This document shows positions 20,092 through 31,427 of a DNA stretch of 64,000 bases, piece after piece (within the stretch, counting starts at the first letter, position 1; each line of letters starts with the position of its first letter). The notes beneath the pieces are model-generated. The model did not search any database, was not told the DNA's origin, and worked only from the letters and a program-made list of their open reading frames with translations. The stretch covers positions 704,001 to 768,000 of the forward strand of contig CAWECG010000003.1 of NCBI GenBank assembly GCA_963807605.1, in the 5' to 3' direction. This DNA comes from Candidatus Bathyarchaeota archaeon (GTDB lineage: Archaea > Thermoproteota > Bathyarchaeia > 40CM-2-53-6 > RBG-13-38-9). The position numbers were made by a program, and so were the translations under genes.

Positions 20092-21263
20092 TCATTGTGT
20101 AGCTTTCCAAGCTAGAGCAACGTAAATCAGCTGAGGCAAAGCTATCGACAAGATCAACGCCAAATTAAAGCCGTAATTTGTTATCATGAAACCTGAAACA
20201 GTAGGTGCTGCTGCTCCACTCATAGTTGCTATGCCTTGCGTAATCCCAGTCGCTGAGCCCATACGCGTATCCTCAACACAATCTTGGACAGCGGATATAG
20301 CAAGATTCCAGTATGCAAAAGATGTAAAACCAAACATTCCCGATAAAACTATCAAGCCAGTAGATCCCAAGTAACCTGAGAAATAAAGTAGCCCGAGAAC
20401 AAAGCTCAAAAATCCTGAAGTCAGAATGCTAATGGTTCTACTGATTTTATCTGCCAAGATACCGAAAAAAGTTGCACCTAAGACCCCAGTCAGAGCATAC
20501 AAACCAAAGGCAAATCCTGCCTCTGAAAGATCAAAATTCCACACTCTGACAAGATAGGTCGGAGCCCAAGCAGTAAATGCAACGAAGGCAAAATTTGCCA
20601 CGGCAATACCCGCACAAAGAAATACTACATGGCGATTATTCAAGAAATCCCATCTCTTCTCTACAGGCCTATCTTTTATCTCGTTTACAGAGTGTTTGAA
20701 TCCAAAAATCCGCCATAGAAGAATAGACACGCCCAGGGCCAGTATTCCCACTAGGTTGAAGGGACTTCGCCATCCAAACTTCATTGTCAGTATTGCTAGA
20801 GTCCACGATCCCACTAGTCCTCCCAAAGCATAGAGGCTGTTCGTAATTCCAATTAGGGTATCCCTAGAAGAAGGCATGACATCGCCTGCGTACGCATAGA
20901 TGGCAACAGTGAAGACCCCCGCTCCTACGCCAACCATAAAGAGGCAAATCAGTAGTGCCGCATACCCGACAGAATATCCTCCAAGAAATATCCCAACTGA
21001 CAAAATTGTGAACCCTGAGGATATAGCGACATTTTTTCCCATCCTATCCGATAGTGGCCCACTAAAGGCCATCGATACTGCCATAGCTAGTAAGAGTGAT
21101 GATAGAATGGCCCCCCCTCGGTCTCAGTAAGAGACCATTCATGCATGACTTCAGGAATAATGATGCCCACGGAAAATCTGAACATCGCCCATATGACGTA
21201 GCCTAGAAATGGCAAAGCGATAATTCGGATGCCGTGTTTTCCCAGACTCACTCTCTTCACCAT
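20092..21263 (-). pseudogene. MFS transporter split by one frameshift in a G7 run (21111-21117)
   Basis: ORFs 21087-21263 and 20092-21084 join into one MFS if the run were G8; may be a sequencing error. Confidence 0.8.
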
Positions 21264-21416
21264 TGAATTCTTGCTGGTAGAGAACTCATTATCTAAAAAA
21301 GATTCAAGGTTAAACACCCGTCTCCGATGTGGTAAGGCAGAGCGTGCGTTATGGAACACTAGAAGAATAAATAAAGCTAAATAAGACCCAGAGAGGGGCT
21401 AACCAGTCATGAGGTT

Positions 21417-22814
21417 ATGTTAATGAGTGATGAAAAACCTAGCGAAGAAAAGAAGGTTGAAGAGAAGACGACTGAAGAGAAGAAGAATATTACTAGACGT
21501 GCCTATCTGAAATACGCTGGCGGCATTGTTGCTGTGGGTGTGATAGCTGCTGCTGGATATGGCGCTTACCAGTTTTACGGAAAGCCTGTGACCCCAAGTG
21601 CCATGAATTCATCTGCAACTCCCACTACGACAAGCACTGGCGGCCAGAAACTGACAGTAAAAGTCGGTGGAACCAAACCCCTAACCAGTATTCAGGCATT
21701 ACAAGGCATAGATGAAAATCGTGGACTACAAATCTGGGCGAATAGATGGGTCAACGACCAAGGCGGAATAAAGGCTGGAGACGGGAACACATACGAGGTA
21801 GAATTAGACATCTACAATGACGAGTCAAAGCCTGAGAATGTCAGCAGATTCTATGAGAAACTCATCAGCGAGGATAAAGTCGACTTCCTGATGGGACCCA
21901 TCTGGGCACCACTTGGCCAAGCTACGGTTGCTGCAGTGGAGAAATATCATAAACTGGAGATTTACGGTAACGCTGTCTTCGACCCAACACAGTGGAAAGA
22001 TTGGAAATACGTAATGATGGTGATTACAAATGGACCCGACTATTTGAACATCCTAACCAAAATGATCATCAACAAAGTTTTACCTCAAGATCCAGATGCA
22101 AAGGATATAGCGATAGTTTACACCGACGATGCATTTGGAAACGTAGCTGGATCATATGGCCTCCAGTGGGCAAAGCAGCAGCCTCAACTCAATGTAGTTT
22201 ACAGTGAAAAGGTATCTTTCGATTCAACAGATTTTACTCCGGTACTCACGAAGGTCAAAGCAGCCAATCCATCGATACTCCTATTCGAAGCCGGTTCGAA
22301 AGCCCCACTGGTTGCTAAGAATGTTCGAGAGATTGGATTGGATCTGAAACTACTGTATTGCGGTACCTACAGTGTGTTCCAACAGTATTACGATGGTCTG
22401 GGTCCCAAGTACGGCGAAAATCTAATCTCGATAACTCAGTGGGTTCCAGGAGAGAACTACCCATCCACCTATGGACCAACAGAAGACTGGTTCCTTTCAA
22501 CATTCAAGAAGGACTACAATGGGGCAACGCCTCAGTACACAGCAGGAACAGGTTTCACGCAAGGCCTCATCTTGCAAGCGGCCATGGAGAAATGCAGCAA
22601 ACCACTGGACTCCGATGCAATGAGACAGGCGGTTGGTGGAGTAAGCTTCACCGGTTTCTTCGGGGATATAGCATTTGACCCGGTAACAGGCTGGCAGACA
22701 GGCCACCAGATGTCGGCGCTCCAGTGGCAGGATGGCAAACCAGTCTGCGTCTACCCAGACAAAGTTGCAAAGGCATCACTAAGATATCCCATGGCGAAAT
22801 GGTCCACGCTCTAG
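21417..22814 (+). CDS. Branched-chain amino acid (LivJ/K-type) ABC substrate-binding protein with Tat-like signal
   Basis: TRRAYLK twin-arginine plus TM; YNDESKPE, KVDFLMGP, TDFTPVL, QWQDGK. Confidence 0.85.
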   Translation: MLMSDEKPSEEKKVEEKTTEEKKNITRRAYLKYAGGIVAVGVIAAAGYGAYQFYGKPVTPSAMNSSATPTTTSTGGQKLTVKVGGTKPLTSIQALQGIDENRGLQIWANRWVNDQGGIKAGDGNTYEVELDIYNDESKPENVSRFYEKLISEDKVDFLMGPIWAPLGQATVAAVEKYHKLEIYGNAVFDPTQWKDWKYVMMVITNGPDYLNILTKMIINKVLPQDPDAKDIAIVYTDDAFGNVAGSYGLQWAKQQPQLNVVYSEKVSFDSTDFTPVLTKVKAANPSILLFEAGSKAPLVAKNVREIGLDLKLLYCGTYSVFQQYYDGLGPKYGENLISITQWVPGENYPSTYGPTEDWFLSTFKKDYNGATPQYTAGTGFTQGLILQAAMEKCSKPLDSDAMRQAVGGVSFTGFFGDIAFDPVTGWQTGHQMSALQWQDGKPVCVYPDKVAKASLRYPMAKWSTL

Positions 22815-22824
22815 ACAACAAATT

Positions 22825-22845
22825 CCCCTTTTCTTTCTTTTTCTT
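22825..22845 (+). terminator. Archaeal oligo-T terminator
   Basis: CCCCTTTTCTTTCTTTTTCTT just after the SBP stop and just before a CG motif. Confidence 0.55.
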
Positions 22846-23169
22846 AAGCGCGCAAGCTTTCAGAACTCTATCCGAAACAGAGCGACCTTAGACTGCGGGC
22901 TGTCTAACTGCTTATGAGGCTCTGAGAGTGAGGCCCTCGGAGACAGAGCTGCCTGGACAGAGAGCTTGACCCAGAATCTTATGCGATGAGCAGGTTACTT
23001 GGAAAACTAGAACTCCGCCGCTATGACTCGCGAACGAGATGTAATTGACTAAAATAAGTGACTCTGACAAGGGGTTGAGTAATTCAAACCTAGAGAAGGT
23101 AGGGACCTAGCGCGTTACCGATGTTGAAACGTATTTTGTCTTTGTCTCCATCGACTTGGTGAAGATTCA

Positions 23170-23632
23170 TTGAGTGTAGCTCCATACGTTCCATCGCCTG
23201 AGAATGTCATTCGAGAGATGCTTGACATTTCCCGCCTCAAAGAGGGAGAGGTTCTCTATGACCTTGGTTGTGGGGACGGAGGCATAGTCATAATCGCGGC
23301 TAGAGACTATCTGGCTAAGGCCTATGGAGTGGAGATTAGAAAGGATTCTTGTGGCTACAGCCCGAAGGCAACTCAACAATTACGGTTTACATGGAAAGGC
23401 CAAGATTATCCGAAGAGATCTCTTTAAAGTTGACATATCCAAAGCAGACGTAGTAACCCTGTACCTTACTTCCGTCGCGAACGACAAACTCAAACCTAAG
23501 CTTAAGAAAGAGCTTAGACCAAACACGAGGGTCGTATCCCATGACTTCTTAATCTCAGGATGGCAGCCATCCGAGGTCTCCAATGAACTGCGTGGCCACA
23601 CCATATATCTGTACAGAATTGCTTCATTCTAG
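23170..23632 (+). pseudogene. Class I SAM methyltransferase (DOT1/aKMT-like), frameshift near 23346
   Basis: APYVPSP..YDLGCGDG..YGVEI in one frame, ADVVTLYL..RVVSHDF in the next. Confidence 0.8.
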
Positions 23633-23799
23633 GCAAAGTCGTTTCAAAACGCACGCGCGAACAGGCAGTTTAGAGCGCTAGCTTATGACCTGGAAGATAA
23701 TTCATCTGACATGCGTGCCACGCTTGTAAATTAACTGAAAACAAACCGACATGTCTTATGCGCGCGTAACCTTAAGCGCGCGCTATGTCTTGCTGGTCT

Positions 23800-24681
23800 T
23801 TAGTTGATTTGAACAGTCCGTTGCACGTCTTGTCCCATCGATTCAGCTATGTGGTAGAGTTTTTCAATTCTCTTCTTAGTTTGCGGGTGTGTCGAAAAGA
23901 GTGAGACCAATGTTGAAGAACTGAATGGGTTCACGATGTAAAGCTGAGCCGTTGCAGGGTTTCCCTTTATGTTCTTGTTCTTTTTCCATGCTTCCATCTT
24001 TTGCAGGGCGGACGCGAGTGCCAGAGGCTTGTGTGAGACCTTAGCCCCTCCTTCATCAGCCGCATATTCTCGCGTCCGAGAGATAGCTAGTTGCACAAGA
24101 ATTGCAGCGATTGGGGCAAGAATCAGCATCAGTAATGCGGCCATGCCGTTATCATTTCTATCGCTTCGTTGTCCATAACCATAAGCAGGTGCAATGAACA
24201 TTCCAAACCGGGCGAGATAGGTTATCGCACCTGCGATCGTTGCCACAACAACGGATGTCAAAGTATCATAGTTCTTCACATGTATAAGTTCATGTGATAG
24301 CACTGCCTCAAGCTCATCCTTGTTAATCATGTTTAAGATGCCCGAGTGAACGCAGACAGTCGCGTGACCCGGACTCCTTCCCGTCGCGAAGGCGTTGGGA
24401 ACCGAGCTATTTGCTACCGCAACCTTCGGTTTAGGAATCCCCATTCGCTGAGCCAAACCAGCCACAATAGAGTGAAGCTCTGGAGCCTCACTCTCAGAAA
24501 CCACATGTGCCCCCATCATCCTCGTTACAATCTTGTCACTCATTAAATAGATTCCAAAGTTCATGATGAACACAAGAAGTAGGGCTGTTATCGGTGATAC
24601 GCCAAGTACCACTGAGAGACCAAATAGAAAACCTGTAAGAAGAGCAAAGAGCAAGCCAGTCTTTATAATATTCCAAAACAC
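23800..24681 (-). CDS. htpX: Zinc metalloprotease HtpX (M48)
   Basis: PNAFATGR, HELIH, SRTREYAAD, FSTHP. Confidence 0.95.
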   Translation of the reverse strand: MFWNIIKTGLLFALLTGFLFGLSVVLGVSPITALLLVFIMNFGIYLMSDKIVTRMMGAHVVSESEAPELHSIVAGLAQRMGIPKPKVAVANSSVPNAFATGRSPGHATVCVHSGILNMINKDELEAVLSHELIHVKNYDTLTSVVVATIAGAITYLARFGMFIAPAYGYGQRSDRNDNGMAALLMLILAPIAAILVQLAISRTREYAADEGGAKVSHKPLALASALQKMEAWKKNKNIKGNPATAQLYIVNPFSSSTLVSLFSTHPQTKKRIEKLYHIAESMGQDVQRTVQIN

Positions 24682-24798
24682 GGTTTAGTCACATTGGCGT
24701 ACGAGTTAAACTAGTGCTCCTGCAACATGTCTGGTTTAAATATTTCGTTAAACTCGCGCCTAACTCTACACACTGCATACACGATACACTAATTTAGC

Positions 24799-25035
24799 CT
24801 AGAATTGCCAGCCTTTCTTGCTTACACGATCTTCCAACAACTTTCTGCAGAGGTCTGCCTCTCCATCCCAGCCATCAGCCTCTTCCTCAAGGTTCTCAGA
24901 CTTCTTCAGCGCGACCTCACCTAGCACAATTCCACATTTTCCACATACAACTTCACCATCTGGAGCCACGATAATGTTAGTTTGGTCTTGGTTTCCACAT
25001 TCACATTTCCAGATCTTGACCGTTTTCAATTCCAC
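24799..25035 (-). CDS. Small TFIIB-type zinc-ribbon protein
   Basis: CECG...GEVVCGKCGIVL without cyclin folds. Confidence 0.7.
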   Translation of the reverse strand: MELKTVKIWKCECGNQDQTNIIVAPDGEVVCGKCGIVLGEVALKKSENLEEEADGWDGEADLCRKLLEDRVSKKGWQF

Positions 25036-25386
25036 TACCCTGAAGCCTGGAGTACCTTGGGATCATATCATATAAACTCCTGACTTTCCTGAAAGTGTTG
25101 CTGTATCCATCAGCTTACGCGCGGGTGTAGATCTTGTTAATGGCAGCGCAAGATCATGCCAACCGATATGTCTGCTTGCTAACATGGACTAATCTGAGTC
25201 TGTATACATTGGAATGGGCTGTGGCGATTTCTTCTTTGCTCCTGTTGCCGAACTCGGCAAGAAAGGGGGACGGATTAGACCTTGATGTTAAGTGCAAATC
25301 CGTTAGGCGTGGTTCGGAGGTCAAGCGTTATTAGGGATCAATTCCTAATTGAGAGTAATTAACCACTTGAGATGTGTGACAGACTG

Positions 25387-25944
25387 ATGCCGATTATTGA
25401 AAGTGGCTCCGGCGAAATTGAAGGGCTGTTGAATGTAGCTAAGCTCATGCTAATTTCTGCAAGGACAGCTCCCAAATCGGGGGGAAGAGACGATGTGGAG
25501 ACACTCCTTGTATACGGGGAAGACAAGGATAAGATCGCTCAAGAGATGGAGAAGATAGGAAAGGAACGCAATGTTCCGGGCTTCCTACGCGACGGGAAGA
25601 ATGTGAGAGACTCGACAGCGATTGTTCTCATAGGTGTGGAAGGGACTAAGAGTTTCGGTCTAGACTGTGGAGGGTGCGGTTATGCAAACTGCGACGCATT
25701 CAACAAGGCGAAACGCTCGAAGGGCTTAGACTTCGCAGGCCCCAACTACATCTTCAAGAGCCTTGATATGGGCATCGCATTAGGATCAGCGGTCAAAACT
25801 GCAATGGACCATAACGTTGACAACAGAATAATGTACCGAATCGGAACCGCAGCCATAAGGCTTAGGCTTACCAAGAAGTCAAGTATCGTCATGGGGATAC
25901 CTATTTCTTCTAAGGGCAAAGCCATCTATTTCGACAGGTCATGA
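25387..25944 (+). CDS. DUF2148 ferredoxin-domain protein
   Basis: SARTAPK..G.D, CGGCGY..C, D.GIALGSA, VDNRIMY. Confidence 0.85.
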   Translation: MPIIESGSGEIEGLLNVAKLMLISARTAPKSGGRDDVETLLVYGEDKDKIAQEMEKIGKERNVPGFLRDGKNVRDSTAIVLIGVEGTKSFGLDCGGCGYANCDAFNKAKRSKGLDFAGPNYIFKSLDMGIALGSAVKTAMDHNVDNRIMYRIGTAAIRLRLTKKSSIVMGIPISSKGKAIYFDRS

Positions 25945-26208
25945 AAAGCGTACCAGTACAAACCTATCGACCTGAGCCTAGAACAACTGCCCATTTTTTC
26001 TAATCTGTTAACTTAAACAATGATATTACTCTACAGCACGCATTTCTATCTCGGCTAGAGACATAACGCGCGCTAGCTCCTCCGAATTTCAAAACCCCTA
26101 GGTGGTTCAGACGGAGTACAAGTGGATTGCACTCGTAATTACCACTGTCGGGACATGCGCGCGCATAATATTCGCTTTTGAAAGCTAAAACATATCAAGT
26201 TCCATGAG

Positions 26209-27042
26209 TTGTTAGCAGTTGAACAAAGGCTTTCAAATGTGATAGAACGAGAAGTCGAGTGCAAATCTCTGCTTAACAAAAGTCACCTCGAAGACTACTG
26301 CATCAACCCATACATAGGATGTCAACATGCTTGCATGTACTGCTACGCTAATTCCTACACCCAAAAATTCTCGAACCACACGGAATCTTGGGGAGATTTT
26401 GTCGACATCAAAATCAATGCACCTATTGTTCTTGAAAGAGAGATAATAAGAAAACCTAAAGGTACTATTTTCTTCAGCTCCTTAACGGATGCATATCAAC
26501 CAATTGAGCGAGAATATGAGTTGACAAGAAGGTTACTCCTTATTGTGCTCAAGCATCAATTTCCAGTATCGATACAGACAAAGTCCTCTCTTATCATAAG
26601 AGATTTAGACCTCCTCCAAAAGTTCGACAAATGTGAAGTCGGGTTCACAATAACAACGGCAAATGACAATCTGAGAAGGCTATTCGAACCATACTCCTCA
26701 TCCGTCGAGGAGAGAATCTCGGCTATCAAGAAACTAAAGGAAAAAGGTGTGAAGACATTTGTTTTCTTCGGGCCTATTCTTCCACATATCTCAGATCAGA
26801 ACCTCGAAGAGTATTTTCAACAGATTGCAGGTGCCGGTACAGATTACATCTATATTGATCGATTGAATTTGAAGCCAGGTCTATGGATAAAAATCGAAAG
26901 ATTCCTTCAGAGCAACTTTCCACATCTTCACAAGGACTGGCAAGACATACTCCTAGGAAGAAGTGACTACTACCAGAACTTCAAAATGAAGGCGGATAAC
27001 GTATGCAAAGAGTTAAGATTGGAATGTAGGTTCTGCTTTTGA
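26209..27042 (+). CDS. Radical SAM protein, SplB-like
   Basis: NPYIGCQHACMYCYA, TDAYQP.E, TKS....RD. Confidence 0.9.
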   Translation: MLAVEQRLSNVIEREVECKSLLNKSHLEDYCINPYIGCQHACMYCYANSYTQKFSNHTESWGDFVDIKINAPIVLEREIIRKPKGTIFFSSLTDAYQPIEREYELTRRLLLIVLKHQFPVSIQTKSSLIIRDLDLLQKFDKCEVGFTITTANDNLRRLFEPYSSSVEERISAIKKLKEKGVKTFVFFGPILPHISDQNLEEYFQQIAGAGTDYIYIDRLNLKPGLWIKIERFLQSNFPHLHKDWQDILLGRSDYYQNFKMKADNVCKELRLECRFCF

Positions 27043-27095
27043 AAGCACGCGTTAAGACGGCGTGACGACTACACTAAAGGACCGAGAGATGTAGG

Positions 27096-27866
27096 TTGGT
27101 CTCCAAGACTGCCGCTACGCTAGGTCGTCATCGAAAACTCGCCGTAGTAGTCCTGATATTTATCTTGGCCATGTTGTTCTCACTCGAATACCTCGAAGAC
27201 ATTGCGGAGATAGGTGGCACTCAAGGAACTCAATTACTAGTTTCCTTTGCAGCCTCTCTGCAAATTGGTGCTATTGGTTTCGCTTCTAGTGCTGGTTACG
27301 GTGGCATATTCATCTTAATGTTGCTGGAGGCTGCGGCTTTGCCCGTGCCTAGCGAGATAATCTTGCCCTTTGCAGGGTATTTGGTTTGGAAAGGGACTCT
27401 AAGTTTCTGGCCTGTGGTATTGTTGAGTGTTGTTGCAGCGCTTATCGGGTCTTTCGTAGACTATTATATTGGATGGATAATTGGTGCGCCTCTTCTTACA
27501 TCAAAAAAGATACCATTCGTTAGTTCTGATCATCTTCAAAGAATTCACATGTGGTTCAATCGCTATGGAACTGGGGCTGTGGCTCTTTTCCGTTTGGTTC
27601 CAGCAGCGAGAGTTCTTATCTCATTTCCAGCCGGAGCCTATAGGATGAGCAGGCCAAAATTTGTAATATACACTGCTCTAGGTTGTCTGACTTGGAATTT
27701 TATACTTGTCTATTTAGGTTGGTTGCTTGGATCATCTTGGAGTAGAGTCGTTGAAGCCTTCAGATATTTAGATCTCGTCGCCTACGCTCTTCTTATCCTT
27801 CTTTCAGCTTACGTTTGCTGGATCCTAGCGTTAAAAAGTCAATGGTTTCAACGCAGATCTTGGTGA
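27096..27866 (+). CDS. DedA family membrane protein
   Basis: LE...LPVPSE..LPFAG, RL.P..R..ISFPAG. Confidence 0.9.
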   Translation: MVSKTAATLGRHRKLAVVVLIFILAMLFSLEYLEDIAEIGGTQGTQLLVSFAASLQIGAIGFASSAGYGGIFILMLLEAAALPVPSEIILPFAGYLVWKGTLSFWPVVLLSVVAALIGSFVDYYIGWIIGAPLLTSKKIPFVSSDHLQRIHMWFNRYGTGAVALFRLVPAARVLISFPAGAYRMSRPKFVIYTALGCLTWNFILVYLGWLLGSSWSRVVEAFRYLDLVAYALLILLSAYVCWILALKSQWFQRRSW

Positions 27867-28048
27867 TTACACGCGCCTTGGAAATATGTGCACTACCTTG
27901 AGCGCGCGCTCACCTTTGTATTCCGATGTCATCTCCATTCTCTAGGGTCGAAGGTTGCATCGCAACCGCCTTCTCTATTATTAGTGTGTGCGGCCTCCTC
28001 GAGCCTCAGAGCTTGTTCTATCTCGGGTGAACTGAAAAGCGCCTGTGT

Positions 28049-28597
28049 CTACCTCCGCCATTTCTTTTTGATTGGCATTGCGAAGATTTCCCGGATTTCT
28101 AATCTTTTTTGTATGTCTGGGCCAAGCATATCGGCCGTCGACGTTGCTCTAACAATAGCAGCTGAGTCGGAGCCGCCTCCTGTGCCGCCCACCGCAATCA
28201 CATCCTGTCCGGGAGGAGTTATCCCCTTATCCACCGCGATGAGAACCACCTCGACACAGACTTTCATCCCCTGACCGAAGGTGTAAAATGTATTTCTGAC
28301 CAAATCCTTTCCAACCTCATGTAGGGGCAGATAGTTCTCAAAATTGCAGATGGTCACCCCTCGATTCCTAAGCTCTTTAATATTTTCAGGCGCAATCTTT
28401 TTCCATGAAACTGCTATCAACTTTGCTTTTTCCCTAAGAGCCTTGCCGAATTGAATCGCAGTCTTACCCGTTGAGCTGGCTATGATAACGGTCTTAATTC
28501 CTGTCTCATCGATTTTCTCAGAAACTGCCTGAATCACAGATTCAGTATTCTTAGAACCGGGCTCATCAAAACACAAAGTCTTACTGATCCTATTCAT
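28049..28597 (-). CDS. Pyruvate kinase C-terminal-like (MTH1675-type) protein
   Basis: F.EPG..NT, ASSTGKTA, GQGMKVCVE...A.D.G, GGTGGG.D.A. Confidence 0.85.
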   Translation of the reverse strand: MNRISKTLCFDEPGSKNTESVIQAVSEKIDETGIKTVIIASSTGKTAIQFGKALREKAKLIAVSWKKIAPENIKELRNRGVTICNFENYLPLHEVGKDLVRNTFYTFGQGMKVCVEVVLIAVDKGITPPGQDVIAVGGTGGGSDSAAIVRATSTADMLGPDIQKRLEIREIFAMPIKKKWRR

Positions 28598-28809
28598 TTT
28601 CACCCATCCTCCTTGAAGGCCTCGCATGACCCTTCAAGGATAAAATGTTTTCACTTGGTTATTCCCATCAGCTCTTGAAACCTTATATGTGCAAGTGCCA
28701 GGTTCACAAACACGAGCCATGACCTCTTTTCACCAAGGCGCGCCAAAACTAAAAGTATAAAATGCCCCGTCGGACTCAGCGTGAGAAAGAAGATACGGGT
28801 CGGGGTCGC

Positions 28810-29781
28810 GTGATAAACAGAGTCTACTCGAATCTGTACCGGATCGAAGTTCCTCTTCCACAGAATCCCCTCAGAGCCACCAATTCCTATGTCATTAAGG
28901 GCCAAGATCGGAATCTGATAATTGACACAGGCTTTAATCTACCAGAATGTATGAATGCAATGCGCTCAGGACTGAATGAACTTGATGTCTCTCTAAGAGA
29001 GACAGACTTTTTCATAACACATATGCATTCAGATCACCTAGATCTCCTGTGGGCTCTCCCTACAGCCTCCTCGACAATATACCTCAGCAAGCCAGACGCC
29101 GAAACCGTAAGATCAAGTGACAAGTGGGTTGAGGTTAGGCGACATTTCGCCCGCATAAGCGGCTTCCCAGAAAATGTTCTTCAGGAGATTATCGAAAAGT
29201 ATTCCCCTCACAGACACCGTCGAGGCGATCCGCCGAAATTCACGACCATCAAGGAAGGAGACAAAATAAGCATCAATGAGTTTGTATTCGAATGTGTGGA
29301 GACTCCCGGCCACAGTAAAGGCCACATGTGTCTTTATGAATCGGAGAGAAAAATCCTCTTTTCAGGAGATCATATACTTAAGGGCATCTCTCCCAACATC
29401 TCGCTATGGCAATATGATTGGAATCCCCTTGAGAGGTATCTGGAAAGCCTAGACAAAATGTATAAGTTTGATGTAGAACTCGTCCTGCCTGGTCATAGGA
29501 GTCCCTTTAAGGACTGCAAAAAGAGGATTGAAGAACTCAAAAACCACCATCAGATAAGGATTAAGGAGATTTTATCTATTTTAGGAAATGAAGGTAAGGA
29601 TGCCTTCAAGATTGCGTCAGAAATGAGTTGGGATATGACCTACGACTCTTGGGACCTATTCCCGCCTCCGCAGAAATTATTCGCTACCACAGAAGCCCTA
29701 TCTCACCTGAAATTTCTCGACGACAAAGGCTTGGTACATAGACAGATGCATGACCAAAGAATGTTATTTTCACTGAAATAG
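28810..29781 (+). CDS. MBL-fold metallohydrolase with C-terminal wHTH
   Basis: THMHSDH, TPGHS.GH, SGDH, PGH, E..SHL. Confidence 0.9.
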   Translation: MINRVYSNLYRIEVPLPQNPLRATNSYVIKGQDRNLIIDTGFNLPECMNAMRSGLNELDVSLRETDFFITHMHSDHLDLLWALPTASSTIYLSKPDAETVRSSDKWVEVRRHFARISGFPENVLQEIIEKYSPHRHRRGDPPKFTTIKEGDKISINEFVFECVETPGHSKGHMCLYESERKILFSGDHILKGISPNISLWQYDWNPLERYLESLDKMYKFDVELVLPGHRSPFKDCKKRIEELKNHHQIRIKEILSILGNEGKDAFKIASEMSWDMTYDSWDLFPPPQKLFATTEALSHLKFLDDKGLVHRQMHDQRMLFSLK

Positions 29782-29814
29782 AATGAAGAGTACGCGTGCT
29801 CGTAGTATATGTAT

Positions 29815-30210
29815 TTACAGTATATCTTTCTTAAAATCTAGCGAGATCGAGTTCACACAGTATCTTTTGCCAGTTGGAGGGGGGCCGTCGTCAAACAGAT
29901 GTCCTAGATGACTTCCACATTTCTTGCACACAACCTCTATGCGATTCATTCCAAAACTATGGTCTGGGTGGAGTTCAACAGCATCTTGTGAAACATCAAA
30001 AAAGCTTGGCCAACCGGTTCCAGAGTTGTATTTCTTGTCCGACTCAAACAATTTGTTACCACAACCCTTGCAAAAATAGACTCCTTTGCCCTTATTATCG
30101 TAGTATTTTCCTGTAAAAGCTGGTTCCGTCCCTTTTTCTCTTAGGACGTGATACTCTTCAGGTGTCAACTTTCGTCTCCATTCTTCTTCGGATGACCTAT
30201 TTGTTGTCAT
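29815..30210 (-). CDS. msrB: Peptide methionine (R)-sulfoxide reductase
   Basis: GTE..F.G, SGTGWPSF, HLGHLFDDGP, RYCVNS. Confidence 0.95.
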   Translation of the reverse strand: MTTNRSSEEEWRRKLTPEEYHVLREKGTEPAFTGKYYDNKGKGVYFCKGCGNKLFESDKKYNSGTGWPSFFDVSQDAVELHPDHSFGMNRIEVVCKKCGSHLGHLFDDGPPPTGKRYCVNSISLDFKKDIL

Positions 30211-30346
30211 CGTTCATACGCACCGAAGTACTAGTTAGGTTAGGGATTTCATCAATAAAGATGATTCCCTTAGTGCCGGTAACGACTGACGAACACATTA
30301 CACGTGCGTGATTTTGCTTATTACCACAACCGCGCGTTCATTTTGA

Positions 30347-30745
30347 CTAGAGTTTATTTCTAACCTCAGGGAAGTCATGTTTGGATGTTCTTATCGTCTT
30401 ATGCAAAGCTGATAGTACTATGGCTTTATTTTCGCAGAAGGGCCTATGTTCTGTGTCCCGTTTCACTGTAATGCATTCCCCTCGATTCAGGACTACTTTG
30501 AATTCCTTGGTCTCCAAAGTAAAGCTGCCCTCAAGGACTAGAAAGAATTCATCTCTTGGATGCGTGTGCCAGAGAAAAGTACCTTTGAATAAGGCTATTC
30601 TTACAAGGTATTCTCCGTCCAGCTCTGCCAAATCAAATGGTGAGAAGGCGTCTAATGTAGCAGCTATTTTATGAACGTTGTATCTCTCACTTGACATACC
30701 AATTCCACGCATAATGTCGGTATTCTTTTCACAATGCCCTAGCAT
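30347..30745 (-). CDS. Cupin domain protein
   Basis: F.WH.H..DEFF.VLEG, EHRP. Confidence 0.85.
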   Translation of the reverse strand: MLGHCEKNTDIMRGIGMSSERYNVHKIAATLDAFSPFDLAELDGEYLVRIALFKGTFLWHTHPRDEFFLVLEGSFTLETKEFKVVLNRGECITVKRDTEHRPFCENKAIVLSALHKTIRTSKHDFPEVRNKL

Positions 30746-30913
30746 TTATTGAATTTTTCCATATTACATAGAGTCAGTCGCGCGTGGGCCATACCGATTT
30801 CTAAACCAATAGTTCCGACCGTCGATGAATCAATTCTGAGAAAAGCTCGTAGTGTGACGACGGTCATGTTTTTAAGTTGAGAGAGCAGAACATCTAATTG
30901 GAGTAGCCTAATT

Positions 30914-31237
30914 ATGTTGTATGAGTGGCGAGTCTATGAGGTGTTGCCCGGCAAGATGGGCGAGTTGCATGCCCGGTTCCAGAACATCACATTGAAGTTT
31001 TTCGAGAAACATGGTATCAAGGTCGTTGGTTTCTGGGAGGCGGTCATCGGGGTGACGAACACATTATACTATATGCTCGTCTGGGAGAACATGGCACAAA
31101 GAGAGAAAGTGTGGAATTCCTTCCAGTCGGATCCTGCGTGGATCAAGGCTCGACAAGAGACGGAAAAGGAGGGCCCAATTGTCCAGAGAGTTGTCAACAC
31201 CCTTCTAAGCCCGACACCATACTCTTCTATGAGATAA
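30914..31237 (+). CDS. NIPSNAP family protein
   Basis: YE.R.Y..PGK, L.Y...W, F..DP.W, L.PTPYS. Confidence 0.9.
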   Translation: MLYEWRVYEVLPGKMGELHARFQNITLKFFEKHGIKVVGFWEAVIGVTNTLYYMLVWENMAQREKVWNSFQSDPAWIKARQETEKEGPIVQRVVNTLLSPTPYSSMR

Positions 31238-31427
31238 GTGGGCCCTATGAGGTATCTATCACGCGTGCTGCAAACGATTTTGTGACCTTTGACTTTCCTT
31301 ATAGCAATTCGCGCTGGATGGGTGTTTAGCAGACTACCCGAGCACTACAACCTCTCCTTCAATCAAACGCGCACGTAAAACCTAAGATCAACGAAGCCTT
31401 CTTCATCTTTGCTGATACATCTACCAC

